The notes under the pieces: model-generated | What the model saw: only the letters and a program-made list of their open reading frames with translations | What the model was told of the DNA's origin: nothing | Database searches by the model: none | Sequence record: NC_023688.1 | Strand: one strand, 5' to 3' | Length of the DNA stretch: 64,000 bases | Translations under genes and position numbers: made by a program | In this document: positions 45,455 through 54,335 of the stretch, piece after piece | Layout: the number at the start of each line of letters is the position of its first letter | Numbering within the stretch: position 1 is the first letter of the stretch

Positions 45455-45699
45455 TATTTGGCCCAACCCGGTTTGTAACATTCCCAAGTGATTTCGATGT
45501 CACATTCATCAGCGATTTGTTGCGCGGTTTCGTGTGCATCGACCAAACTATCTTCGAAATCTTCGAAAATCTCTTGACCAAAAACATCTTCGGCAGCACC
45601 AGTTGCTTTAACACCGTAATGCTCTTCCAAAACATCTTCATCTTGATCAACAACAGCTTCATAAGAATAGATGATAACTTGAGTGATTTCTTTGGTCAT
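45454..45699 (-). CDS. Acidic hypothetical protein
   Basis: MTKEITQ start, very D/E rich, own promoter. Confidence 0.6.
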   Translation of the reverse strand: MTKEITQVIIYSYEAVVDQDEDVLEEHYGVKATGAAEDVFGQEIFEDFEDSLVDAHETAQQIADECDIEITWECYKPGWAK

Positions 45700-45719
45700 G
45701 ATACTTTCTTCTGTCTTGA

Positions 45720-45755
45720 TATGGCTCATTATACAGTAACGAGCCATACCGTCAA
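45720..45755 (-). promoter_or_regulatory. Early promoter with 8-bp IR
   Basis: TTGACG-16-TATAAT; IR tatggctc / gagccata. Confidence 0.7.
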
Positions 45756-45758
45756 GCA

Positions 45759-46688
45759 TTAAGAAAAGATAATTCGAACTTTTTTCTTAAAAATTTTCCA
45801 CTTCAAATCGCTGATAATCGCATTCATGATAGGCATGATCTGCTTGTAACGATCTGCGCTTTCTGTGCTAGTACCATGAGCGTTTCTGATTCGCTCTTTA
45901 AACTTCTTATAGGTAATGCCATTCTGACAACCAGCACTCACACAAACCTCATTTTCATGAGTAAAGAACAACACGTTGCGACCGTACTTTCCACACCCAG
46001 CAAGCATGAAATGATCACCGAGATTCAATTCAGCGCGATCCGGCAGCTTAGTATTAGACAGTTTGACACTCTCGCCAATCTTAGCCGAACCAGCTTGAAC
46101 GGAATGCAAATCAACACATTGATCGATAACACTATAATCACCAATCGATGATTTGTCAATAGACACAGAACGTTTGATCTCGCTATCTCGTCCGATATTA
46201 GAACGACTAATATTAACTCCATCCCATAGATGCGTATTGTAACCGATTTTGGTACCGGTACCTAATGTGCAACTCGAACCGATTCTAGCACCACTACAAA
46301 TACAACATCTTTCATAAATCGATGTATTGTAACCGATTCTGACGCTGTTTTGAATAAGAGTATTCGACATAATCAAAACGTTCATGCCGATTTGAACTCC
46401 ATCTGAAATCATTACATCGTCTTTGATTCGAGCGCGACCTTCGATCACGCAATTCTCACCGATATAACAGCTTCCGAGTTTGGAACTCATTATATGAGGA
46501 TAGAAAGTGGTACCTTTACCTACCCACAATCTTTCTGTGGTTTTAGGCAACTTGACAAAACTTTCAATCTTGGCACCAACATCGCCAGCTTTAACAAATT
46601 TGTCGCGACTAGCGGCAGGATGATAAAAGTTGTAATCTACTAACGCTTCGATGCAACCATCTTCATTGATTTTCCAGAGTTCAGTCAT
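45759..46688 (-). CDS. Left-handed beta-helix (hexapeptide repeat) protein
   Basis: Many [LIV]-G-x4 repeats (YIGENC, QIGMNV, RIGYNT, RIGSSC, KIGYNT); C-terminal VSAGCQNG. Confidence 0.8.
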   Translation of the reverse strand: MTELWKINEDGCIEALVDYNFYHPAASRDKFVKAGDVGAKIESFVKLPKTTERLWVGKGTTFYPHIMSSKLGSCYIGENCVIEGRARIKDDVMISDGVQIGMNVLIMSNTLIQNSVRIGYNTSIYERCCICSGARIGSSCTLGTGTKIGYNTHLWDGVNISRSNIGRDSEIKRSVSIDKSSIGDYSVIDQCVDLHSVQAGSAKIGESVKLSNTKLPDRAELNLGDHFMLAGCGKYGRNVLFFTHENEVCVSAGCQNGITYKKFKERIRNAHGTSTESADRYKQIMPIMNAIISDLKWKIFKKKVRIIFS

Positions 46689-46948
46689 AGATCTTTGTCC
46701 AGTTTGATTAGAGTCTTAACAAAAGCAATTGCACCTTTGATATGATTGATTTCAACCACTTCTGGTGTGCAATCATTTGTAATCTTGTATTGCATTAGAC
46801 CGGGAGTAACCCAAAGCTTCATGCACTCCAACGAGACAACACAGCAATCACGATACCGTTCGAATGCAATATTTTCTTTCTTGAGTCGCTTTGCTAGTTC
46901 ATCAACTCGCCGCTTCATAATCATTTTCTTGATATCTGCGATCAACAT
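46685..46948 (-). CDS. Hypothetical protein
   Basis: 87 aa from MLIADI. Confidence 0.55.
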   Translation of the reverse strand: MLIADIKKMIMKRRVDELAKRLKKENIAFERYRDCCVVSLECMKLWVTPGLMQYKITNDCTPEVVEINHIKGAIAFVKTLIKLDKDL

Positions 46949-47247
46949 ACGGTTACCTTTGCATTCCACGCTTGAATCGCTTGAATCATTTCAACATCCG
47001 AACCAAAGATAGTCGATACTTTATCACACATACGCTTCTTATAGCTTGCAGTAGAGATACAACGGAAGTTTGTTTGCTTCACAAAGATATCAGCGATTGC
47101 TTGTGCCTGAACGTGATCTGAAATCCATACTTCCAGCTTAAAGCGATTACCGAATTCAGTAGAACTAACTACAACGTTGTGATAACTGTAACTCAGCTTC
47201 TCTAACAGTTGCTTTACAACAATTTGAAGTTCTTGCTTGGTAGTCAT
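46942..47247 (-). CDS. Hypothetical protein
   Basis: 101 aa. Confidence 0.55.
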   Translation of the reverse strand: MTTKQELQIVVKQLLEKLSYSYHNVVVSSTEFGNRFKLEVWISDHVQAQAIADIFVKQTNFRCISTASYKKRMCDKVSTIFGSDVEMIQAIQAWNAKVTVC

Positions 47248-47420
47248 ACGTTAGTCTCCAGAACATAGATGGAATGCAAAATGCTTTCGATTTCTTTTTC
47301 CCATACATCACGCTTATCTGCGCCTTCGGGTGTCCACACTTCATCATAAGATGATTCGATTTGATTTTGCAGATACTTGATTTGTGAACTCAGGACTTCG
47401 ATTGCTACTTTGTTTTGCAT
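47244..47420 (-). CDS. Small hypothetical protein (58 aa, not in ORF track)
   Basis: MQNKVAIEVLSSQIKYLQNQIE...LETNV; SD GAGGA. Confidence 0.6.
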   Translation of the reverse strand: MQNKVAIEVLSSQIKYLQNQIESSYDEVWTPEGADKRDVWEKEIESILHSIYVLETNV

Positions 47421-47430
47421 GATTATTTCC

Positions 47431-47661
47431 TCAGAATTTTTCGATGTTAGATTTTACAAACTCAACAACCTGTGCAGTCAGCTTTTTACCAAGCTTCTTG
47501 CTAGAACCCGGACGACCAGTGTTAGCATAAACAGTGGCAGTGCCGTTAACGTCAAACACTCGAACATAGATACCGTTGACCCATACCGCAACTTCGATCT
47601 TACCATTCATTTCTTGCTTAGAGAATTGAGCAACACTGATAGTTTCGATTTGCTTGATCAT
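47431..47661 (-). CDS. Hypothetical protein
   Basis: MIKQIET start with SD GAGGA. Confidence 0.6.
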   Translation of the reverse strand: MIKQIETISVAQFSKQEMNGKIEVAVWVNGIYVRVFDVNGTATVYANTGRPGSSKKLGKKLTAQVVEFVKSNIEKF

Positions 47662-47691
47662 GATATTTTCCTCTGTTCGTGTGTTTGACGT

Positions 47692-47749
47692 CTTGCGTCT
47701 TGATGTAGGTATAATATCAAACCGGTACCAAGACGCAAGCTCTTTTTTC
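47692..47749 (-). promoter_or_regulatory. Promoter flanked by 11-bp IR
   Basis: TTGCGT-16-(TGn)TATTAT; cttgcgtcttg ... caagacgcaag. Confidence 0.6.
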
Positions 47750-47751
47750 AC

Positions 47752-47985
47752 TTAATCCAAATAAACTTTTGGACCATAGTGTTCATAACCTTCGCGAATC
47801 AAGAATTCGCATTCTTGACCTTCTCGTTCTTCGTCATGAACATAGGTACCAGTCCACTCCCAAGCACCATCTTCACTGCGAACCGGCTTGGTCTTACACA
47901 CAAATCGAGCAACATGAAAGCCATAACACTCAACAAACGGAGTACCAACTTCCAGTTTCTTCACACATTCTTCAATTTTACTCAC
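47752..47985 (-). CDS. Hypothetical protein
   Basis: 77 aa. Confidence 0.55.
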   Translation of the reverse strand: MSKIEECVKKLEVGTPFVECYGFHVARFVCKTKPVRSEDGAWEWTGTYVHDEEREGQECEFLIREGYEHYGPKVYLD

Positions 47986-48217
47986 TCAAAAACCCCTTAG
48001 TATCAAGAACTTTACACGCTTCGCGAACTGCTTCGATGCTTTCGCTAATGCTTTCATCGTGACCGTATACAGCAATATGACGCATCACCTTGTCCATTGC
48101 ACCCGGCAGATTGTTGTTGTAGATCGCAGACACCGGATCTTTCAGCGGACGATGCTTAAAGAAAGTCGCCAGCATGATCTTGTTTACGTGATCTTTAGTC
48201 TCTTGCCAATAACTCAT
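47978..48217 (-). CDS. Hypothetical protein
   Basis: MSYWQE start overlapping the upstream stop. Confidence 0.55.
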   Translation of the reverse strand: MSYWQETKDHVNKIMLATFFKHRPLKDPVSAIYNNNLPGAMDKVMRHIAVYGHDESISESIEAVREACKVLDTKGFLSE

Positions 48218-48405
48218 TAGATAATCCCACAATAGTTAAACAGAAAATAAGACAGACTAATGAACGGAATCATGGTAGTCAAGCCAACGATATAACGTTT
48301 CATCGTTTGACCTTCATCCCAGACTTCCAAGAAACATACTACACCAAGTCCATATACAACGTTTATCAGTGTCAGACAAAGTGCGATGATTTCTTGATTG
48401 TTCAT
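48217..48405 (-). CDS. Small membrane protein
   Basis: Two hydrophobic segments; SD GAGGAG. Confidence 0.6.
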   Translation of the reverse strand: MNNQEIIALCLTLINVVYGLGVVCFLEVWDEGQTMKRYIVGLTTMIPFISLSYFLFNYCGII

Positions 48406-48429
48406 GATTATCTCCTCGTTTCGATAGAG

Positions 48430-49041
48430 CTATATTAACAGAACAAAAATCAGATTGCAAGCACCAAAAACGAAAAAACCACCCGAAGGTGGTTTTATTT
48501 TTACCAAGATAACATCAGTCAGACTTTCGCCCATAATGCTCTCTGCTTCTTCAATCCAATCGGACGTATCCGGTGAATCATAGAATTGTTCAACGCTTTC
48601 GAAAATAGCTTGCTTTTGTCCCATTTCGGTACGTTTCTTGGATTGAAATCCAGCAGTTCCCTTTGGGTACACAGTAGCAATTTCGATCTGTCTGTTCTTC
48701 ACACGACCAGCAACGCTAATATCCATTGACTTCGAATGAAACATGAACTGACCATTTCGAATCTTTTCATCTTCGACATAATGCGCAATCTTACGATAAA
48801 ACGCTTTCCAGTCTTCTGCGGATACATCATTGCGACGTTGTGCGGCGCGAGCCTGTGCATGAATAGAACTCATGAAATCATAAACACCAACTTTCATTTT
48901 GGTATTCAGTTTAGATTTCTTTGATAGTTCAAACTCCTGCTCTTTTGTCAGCTCGACAACTTGATTTTTACTTTTGTATACTTGCTTTGGTTCTGGAGCT
49001 TCTTTCACACTCTCAGCAAGAAAATTACTTAATGTCTTCAC
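48430..49041 (-). CDS. Probable internal head protein (capsid targeting sequence)
   Basis: N-terminus MKTLSNFLAE resembles T4 IP CTS MKTYQEFIAE with L-A-E protease site; downstream of a late promoter. Confidence 0.6.
   Translation of the reverse strand: MKTLSNFLAESVKEAPEPKQVYKSKNQVVELTKEQEFELSKKSKLNTKMKVGVYDFMSSIHAQARAAQRRNDVSAEDWKAFYRKIAHYVEDEKIRNGQFMFHSKSMDISVAGRVKNRQIEIATVYPKGTAGFQSKKRTEMGQKQAIFESVEQFYDSPDTSDWIEEAESIMGESLTDVILVKIKPPSGGFFVFGACNLIFVLLI
48474..48496 (-). terminator. Intrinsic terminator lying inside the 3' end of the annotated ORF
   Basis: aaaaccacc-cgaa-ggtggtttt with U tract. Confidence 0.85.
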
Positions 49042-49285
49042 TCTTTGTCTCCTTACGAATCTTTGCGCGTAGCATCAAATCAGCAACAGCAAAAACAACA
49101 ATAACACCAGAGAAATAGAGCGCAAACGGACCATCACTCTCAACGAATGTATCCGTAATCCACGCTTGTCCAGCAGCGAATGCCATAGAACCTAGCAACA
49201 GTTGCCAAAGTGTGCAACACAGTTTTTGAAAGAATTTGACATCAAACCCGGCCAATACTTTTTTCAGTTCTTCTTCATCGGTCAT
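49025..49285 (-). CDS. Two-TM membrane protein
   Basis: MTDEEELKK start, SD AGGAG, two hydrophobic helices, basic C-terminus. Confidence 0.6.
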   Translation of the reverse strand: MTDEEELKKVLAGFDVKFFQKLCCTLWQLLLGSMAFAAGQAWITDTFVESDGPFALYFSGVIVVFAVADLMLRAKIRKETKSEDIK

Positions 49286-49304
49286 TTTTATTCTCCTAAA
49301 ACTG

Positions 49305-49312
49305 TATTTAGT
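49305..49312 (-). promoter_or_regulatory. Probable late promoter
   Basis: ACTAAATA, same octamer as upstream of gene 49. Confidence 0.6.
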
Positions 49313-49496
49313 GAGAAATGAACATAACCGACTTGGCACCAAATTGAGCCAACACAATCAGCCATATGAATGCAACAAAAAAGTAAAACGAGTTCTTTCG
49401 TTTTTGTAATGTATCGGCAAACAACGCGCCATGAAGTGATATTACAATCGAGATTGTATACATCATATTCAACAAAAGAATGCCAAGTCCGGTCAT
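49308..49496 (-). CDS. Small membrane protein
   Basis: 62 aa, two hydrophobic helices. Confidence 0.55.
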   Translation of the reverse strand: MTGLGILLLNMMYTISIVISLHGALFADTLQKRKNSFYFFVAFIWLIVLAQFGAKSVMFISH

Positions 49497-49624
49497 TTTA
49501 TTAGTCCATTAGTGAGTAAGTAAAAAGCTACACCGAATCCAATAATGGCACCGCGAGTTATATTGTTGCCAACTATTAACAAAAACACAGCCGCAGATAG
49601 CAACAAATTGGATTCGATAAACAT
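49493..49624 (-). CDS. Small membrane protein (43 aa, not in ORF track)
   Basis: MFIESNLLLSAAVFLLIVGNNITRGAIIGFGVAFYLLTNGLIK; overlapping start/stop on both sides. Confidence 0.55.
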   Translation of the reverse strand: MFIESNLLLSAAVFLLIVGNNITRGAIIGFGVAFYLLTNGLIK

Positions 49625-49908
49625 CAGATTACCCCGAGTTCGATCAGTTCATAGTCATCGGCAGTCTTACGCTTGATATCATAATCAGTCAGAGACGGAT
49701 CATCAATGCCAGAGTTAAACCACTTAGTAACTTGATTGTGATGAATCACGTTTTCGAAGATACCACGATCTGATGAAATAAACGGGACAGAACACATGAA
49801 ATCGAAATCAGCGGTCACCGAATTGCAGAACTCAGCATTTTCGTTTGCGGTAGTTGAGATACCAAGCCACAGATCTTTCTTCTCTTTATGACGCATTGCA
49901 TAGAACAT
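49624..49908 (-). CDS. Hypothetical protein
   Basis: 94 aa, own promoter. Confidence 0.6.
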   Translation of the reverse strand: MFYAMRHKEKKDLWLGISTTANENAEFCNSVTADFDFMCSVPFISSDRGIFENVIHHNQVTKWFNSGIDDPSLTDYDIKRKTADDYELIELGVI

Positions 49909-49930
49909 GATATATTCCTCTTGATAAGAT

Positions 49931-49965
49931 AGGTCCTATTCTACATGAACAGGACCTGATGTCAA
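49931..49965 (-). promoter_or_regulatory. Early promoter with 7-bp IR
   Basis: TTGACA-16-TAGAAT; IR aggtcct / aggacct. Confidence 0.65.
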
Positions 49966-50295
49966 CTAGATTAAGCCAAGAATTTTCTTTTCTTCGTCAC
50001 TCAGTTTAGCAAGTGCCGCGGCTTTCTTCTCGTTGTTGATTTTTGTTTCGTAATCTTCGCGTTTGCGAATAACGGTAATGCGATTTTTAACTAGGAAGCT
50101 GAATTCTTCGCCGTCGATATCAAAAGTCATTACATCTTTTGCACCAGAGTAGCAAGCACCATTACCACCATACCAACCTTTACCCTTAGACAATTCCAGC
50201 CCCAGAGATTCGTTGGTTGAGTAACAGAACACACCGGATTGACGCTCGTCGGTAGCAACCGAGATTTCATAAACTTTTTCGCGTTTCAGATTCAT
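49966..50295 (-). CDS. Hypothetical protein
   Basis: 109 aa; C-terminal ALAKLSDEEKKILGL. Confidence 0.6.
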   Translation of the reverse strand: MNLKREKVYEISVATDERQSGVFCYSTNESLGLELSKGKGWYGGNGACYSGAKDVMTFDIDGEEFSFLVKNRITVIRKREDYETKINNEKKAAALAKLSDEEKKILGLI

Positions 50296-50489
50296 TACAG
50301 ATACTCCGTTGAAGAACTGATTTCTTTACCGTTCAGAGTGATCGACACTTTCAAAGTGACATCATTATAATAACCATGACGACGGTTAATATTGATGCTC
50401 AGATGTTGTTCCAGATATTCCTGAATTTTCTCTTCAAACCAGCCATTGTCATGACGGCAGCGTTCTTTGTCTTTATCGCTCATTACCAT
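50295..50489 (-). CDS. Hypothetical protein (paralog of next)
   Basis: KIQEYLEQHL...ISSSTEY. Confidence 0.6.
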   Translation of the reverse strand: MVMSDKDKERCRHDNGWFEEKIQEYLEQHLSININRRHGYYNDVTLKVSITLNGKEISSSTEYL

Positions 50490-50716
50490 TCATCCTTTTG
50501 ATTGATCATGTCACAAATGTATTCGGAACTGCTTGAAATCGTTTCGTCTCCGATGTTTATATCAACGCGGATTCGACCGCATTGTGTATAAAGCGATACA
50601 TTCAGATTTTCTTTCAGATAAGCTTTTATCTGTTCGTTGAGATTAAGTTTACTGGATTCTGCCTCGGTGTCAACATCTTTTTTCAGATCCGACCCATGTT
50701 CTTGTGTTCCTGACAT
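50483..50716 (-). CDS. Hypothetical protein (paralog of previous)
   Basis: QIKAYLKENL...ISSSSEY. Confidence 0.6.
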   Translation of the reverse strand: MSGTQEHGSDLKKDVDTEAESSKLNLNEQIKAYLKENLNVSLYTQCGRIRVDINIGDETISSSSEYICDMINQKDEW

Positions 50717-51171
50717 TGCGTAGTCCTATAACCATCAAATACACTTCTGGCACGATAATAGTCCTTGACTGTAAAGCCATTAGCACTATCAACGTGAATG
50801 AAATTTTCTTTTTGTGATTCCAACATATCGTCATCATCGTCAATGATAACATACTTTTTACAATCGAGGTGTTTGTCTAACCATTCTTTGATTAGCTCTC
50901 CGCGATGTTCACCAACGAGATCCCGAGTCTTGAAATCTTCATGCAGACATCCGGGAGGAAATCCAGCTAGTGCTAGATGATCTCTCACCATCTGAACATC
51001 ACAGCCAAGTCTCCAAGTGCTACTGTATACCACTTTCAAATTGTAGTCAACGATAAGTTTTGATAGGAGCTTTACAGCCCCTATATCTACCATTTGTCCA
51101 TATTTCAGATAGCTAGAATCAGAATGATAAACGCCATCAACATCGAGAAACAATACTCTCAGTTCTTTCAT
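50683..51171 (-). CDS. HAD-superfamily phosphatase (Swiss-Army-Knife RNA-repair HAD-like)
   Basis: LFLDVDGV, VYSSTWR, RGELIKEWL, YVIIDDDDDM. Confidence 0.85.
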   Translation of the reverse strand: MKELRVLFLDVDGVYHSDSSYLKYGQMVDIGAVKLLSKLIVDYNLKVVYSSTWRLGCDVQMVRDHLALAGFPPGCLHEDFKTRDLVGEHRGELIKEWLDKHLDCKKYVIIDDDDDMLESQKENFIHVDSANGFTVKDYYRARSVFDGYRTTQCQEHKNMGRI

Positions 51172-52415
51172 ATGTCAAGCGTCCACATTGTATCTTTCAG
51201 CCAAGACGGATATTCTCTACCTTCGCTGGTATCAGTTTCGTCTAGTGTGTTGCAATAAGCAATACAAAATTCTAACTGCGAACGTTGTTCTTCGCCGAGT
51301 AACGCAACCAAACGCTCTATGGCAGCGTTTCTATTGTCCAGCATATACTCGCAAGCGTAGATACGAGAAACGATTCTGGTAGCACCCTGACCAGCGTTGA
51401 GCATACGCTTTACAATACCTTCGAGTATGTTACCGTCACCGCACGATGGCTCAAAGAAAGTCGAACCTGAATTCAGATCATCGATGTCCGTATAATCTAA
51501 CATCTGATTAACGATTTCAATCGGAGTAAAGAATTCTGCCGTTTTCTTTTGACGTTCTCGCTCGATTGTGCTAGTGAAGTTTCTGGTTTCATCAACAACT
51601 TTCGTTTTGTGTCTGATACCAGAATAGTAATCTTCGATTACTTCCGGCACTTTATGTCTGATATGAGTTAATTCAAATTTCTCAAATAGTTCATCATCAG
51701 TCCAGCGTCTGGTCATATCTAACCATGGTATCGCATTCAGTTCTCCGCTGTCAAGATGAATGTTCATCTTATACAAAGAAAGCATGAATCTAGCGAAATC
51801 TGTTTTCAGATAAGCAACAAAGTTCTCTGCCTCTTCTAACGTTTTGAATGCAAAGTTTTGACCACGCTTAGGCATTTCAGTTGTCGGAACGTAGTCGGTC
51901 GGAAACATGGTAAAGAAATCAGAATTAAAGCGTTTGCCAGCTTCTGGTGGGTGTCCTCTAACACTCGCTATAGTGACGTAATGACTTGCGCCAATAACCT
52001 CACCGGAGCATTCCATATGCGCTACGCTAGGATATTTCATCTTGTCATAGACATCAGAACACCAATCGCCAAGCATATTGATTTTGTCTAAAGGCAATTT
52101 AGCAGTGTAATATCCAGAGACATCGATTAGATCTGATTTCTTTGTGGTATCAATAACAGTTATACTAAGCGGAGTCAGAAACCCAGCTTTGAAAACGGCG
52201 TTACCGTCGAACAAATGAATACTCGTTTTGTGCGCTTTCATGTTGCCAAGAAGTTCAGCAACGCGCTTTGTTTGTCGGGTCGGCTTTCTGTTTACAAAGG
52301 GGCCAGACGGATGCACAGCGATTGTGACATCACATTTCTTTACCCCTAAGTTAACAAAGTCAACGTGCAAACCCGCACTATATGGCGGGTTTGCGATCAT
52401 ATAATCAAAGCGCAT
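51168..52415 (-). CDS. Amino-DNA methyltransferase (N6mA/N4mC), permuted motif order
   Basis: N-terminal DYMIANPPY; C-terminal AEFFTP, FFEPSCGDGNIL, IYACE. Confidence 0.8.
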   Translation of the reverse strand: MRFDYMIANPPYSAGLHVDFVNLGVKKCDVTIAVHPSGPFVNRKPTRQTKRVAELLGNMKAHKTSIHLFDGNAVFKAGFLTPLSITVIDTTKKSDLIDVSGYYTAKLPLDKINMLGDWCSDVYDKMKYPSVAHMECSGEVIGASHYVTIASVRGHPPEAGKRFNSDFFTMFPTDYVPTTEMPKRGQNFAFKTLEEAENFVAYLKTDFARFMLSLYKMNIHLDSGELNAIPWLDMTRRWTDDELFEKFELTHIRHKVPEVIEDYYSGIRHKTKVVDETRNFTSTIERERQKKTAEFFTPIEIVNQMLDYTDIDDLNSGSTFFEPSCGDGNILEGIVKRMLNAGQGATRIVSRIYACEYMLDNRNAAIERLVALLGEEQRSQLEFCIAYCNTLDETDTSEGREYPSWLKDTMWTLDI

Positions 52416-53100
52416 GAGTGCTCAATCGCTCGCTGTATTCGCGCTCCATGCCGAACTCTTTCGCAATCTTCATAATAGCGATGTTCATTTTTACCAGCTT
52501 ATCACGTTCGACGATATAATCATTCATCATTACATCGAGTTCGAGTGCATGACGTCGCTTGATTTCAGCTTCAATTTGTTTGATTTGAAGTTTCAAAATG
52601 TCGGTAGAAACTTCTTTGATGTCCTTTTCCACTTTAGCGATGATCTCCGGTTTCGGTTGCTTAGGAGCTTTTTGTAGCAAATCGATTTTGCGTTCGGGTA
52701 TACGAACGTTCATTTTGAATCCATAATCGGTGCGCTTTGCCGCGAAAGGAGAAAATGCTTTCATTCGAATGAAAATCTCGTCAATGATAGACTGACTACC
52801 ACGACTGAATTCAAACTCAACGATGTTAACAATTATGCCTTCGCCGAGTTTCGTTACATTAACACCCATCAACTCCGGGAACTGACCGTCTTCAATATAC
52901 GCGCCAAACAGTTCGCTTAGATGCGCTTTGTTGAACGGACGACTACCAATCATCGATTCTGTATAGCGTCTGATGTTTTTGCGGAACTTCGCTGGGTCGA
53001 TATCGACTTTAGTTCCAGCTGGCTTGGTATGAGTTTCACACGCAATATTCAGGAATTTGTACCACTGATTACGCGCAACCAACTTTCGTTTTTCGTTCAT
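52405..53100 (-). CDS. Hypothetical protein with C-terminal coiled coil
   Basis: 231 aa, SD GGAG. Confidence 0.65.
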   Translation of the reverse strand: MNEKRKLVARNQWYKFLNIACETHTKPAGTKVDIDPAKFRKNIRRYTESMIGSRPFNKAHLSELFGAYIEDGQFPELMGVNVTKLGEGIIVNIVEFEFSRGSQSIIDEIFIRMKAFSPFAAKRTDYGFKMNVRIPERKIDLLQKAPKQPKPEIIAKVEKDIKEVSTDILKLQIKQIEAEIKRRHALELDVMMNDYIVERDKLVKMNIAIMKIAKEFGMEREYSERLSTHAL

Positions 53101-53139
53101 AATTTCTCCAATGAGAGGGCTTTTAACCCTCTCACTATA

Positions 53140-54318
53140 TTAGATACCAAACATAAAATCAAGCCCAGATTTAGCATTTTCTTTATCGTGTGCTTCGATT
53201 GCTTTCTTATACGCTTCGAGTTCAGACGGAACACCAATAAACTCATGAGAATAGCTAACGCGATCTTTCACAAACTTGGGATCGACCGAGTGTTTCATCA
53301 TTTTGTTTGGTGTAACTGGTGTTCTATTGCTGGACGTCGCTTTCCACTTGATAGAACGTTCGTGGTACTCTCCGAGCTTAGGGTTAGTGGTACGAGTATA
53401 GAATCTCTTACCTCTCGCCAGAAGCTGGTAGGCGACGGCCTCGGTCATCTTCGGACCAATCCCCATTCCCTGAAAGTCTGGAAGCACAACAAGACGATGT
53501 GCAATCCACGCATCTTTGACTGTGCCAGATGGCAACGGGAGAATACTAACGAATCCAACCGGTACATCACCCCATTTCATCAAGTAACAATGGCTTGCCA
53601 CGTTGATTTCGCGAGAGAGGTAGTGATGGTCGGCAAACCCAAGATCTGAGTAGGCTTTTGCTGATACAGGTGTGATGTCGAGCGCAATCGCTGGAAACCG
53701 CCTTTCTGACCCCCGAATAATTAGTTGCTCATTCGATACGTCAAACACCCAATCCGGTTGCAGCCACTCGATGATATCATAGTGACAAGACGCAAACACA
53801 AGACCTTTGATGCCAGTACGATCAACGTATTTTCTAATACTCTTTGAGCAAGAAATAGCAACGTTACGGTCAACAACCGATGTAAACTCGTCAATAACGG
53901 TATTATCAACCAGACTACGGGCCAAGTTAGCGCGGAACTGTTGACCATTAGAAAGAGAATGAAACGGTTTTGCCCAGTGTGGGACAGAGTTGAAACCAAC
54001 GGCACCAAGTCGTTCTTGCGCATCTTCAACACTATCAAAGTGTGAAGCAATCGCTTTGTTGTGTTCCCACTTTACTTCTTTTTCGATACCGAAATTACGA
54101 AGAATGGTTGACTTACCACTACCACTTGGACCAACAATCAAACCAATGCCGTATTCTTTCGGTACTTCATGTGGCATCAGATTCTTGATCTTGGTAGTGG
54201 TAGTTCCATCAAACTCAAAATCCATTTGCTTGGTTACTTCAACGACAATAGCGTCGAGTTCAACTTTGGTTTCGCGAGTGATATATCCACTTTCGTCGGT
54301 AAATTGTTCGAGACTCAT
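53140..54318 (-). CDS. ABC-type ATPase fused to GNAT acetyltransferase
   Basis: GPSGSGKST, LSNGQQ, VIDEF, SCH; GNAT HRLVVLPDFQGMGIG; C-terminus SGLDFMFGI. Confidence 0.88.
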   Translation of the reverse strand: MSLEQFTDESGYITRETKVELDAIVVEVTKQMDFEFDGTTTTKIKNLMPHEVPKEYGIGLIVGPSGSGKSTILRNFGIEKEVKWEHNKAIASHFDSVEDAQERLGAVGFNSVPHWAKPFHSLSNGQQFRANLARSLVDNTVIDEFTSVVDRNVAISCSKSIRKYVDRTGIKGLVFASCHYDIIEWLQPDWVFDVSNEQLIIRGSERRFPAIALDITPVSAKAYSDLGFADHHYLSREINVASHCYLMKWGDVPVGFVSILPLPSGTVKDAWIAHRLVVLPDFQGMGIGPKMTEAVAYQLLARGKRFYTRTTNPKLGEYHERSIKWKATSSNRTPVTPNKMMKHSVDPKFVKDRVSYSHEFIGVPSELEAYKKAIEAHDKENAKSGLDFMFGI

Positions 54319-54335
54319 TAAATTCCTCCAATAAA

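Noticed and set aside
45447-45662. 71-aa alternative-frame ORF
   Set aside because: The overlapping frame 45454-45699 has a promoter and RBS and a more coherent composition.
47165-47347. 60-aa ORF MMKCGH in the track
   Set aside because: The overlapping frame 47244-47420 has the cassette SD and fits the operon better.
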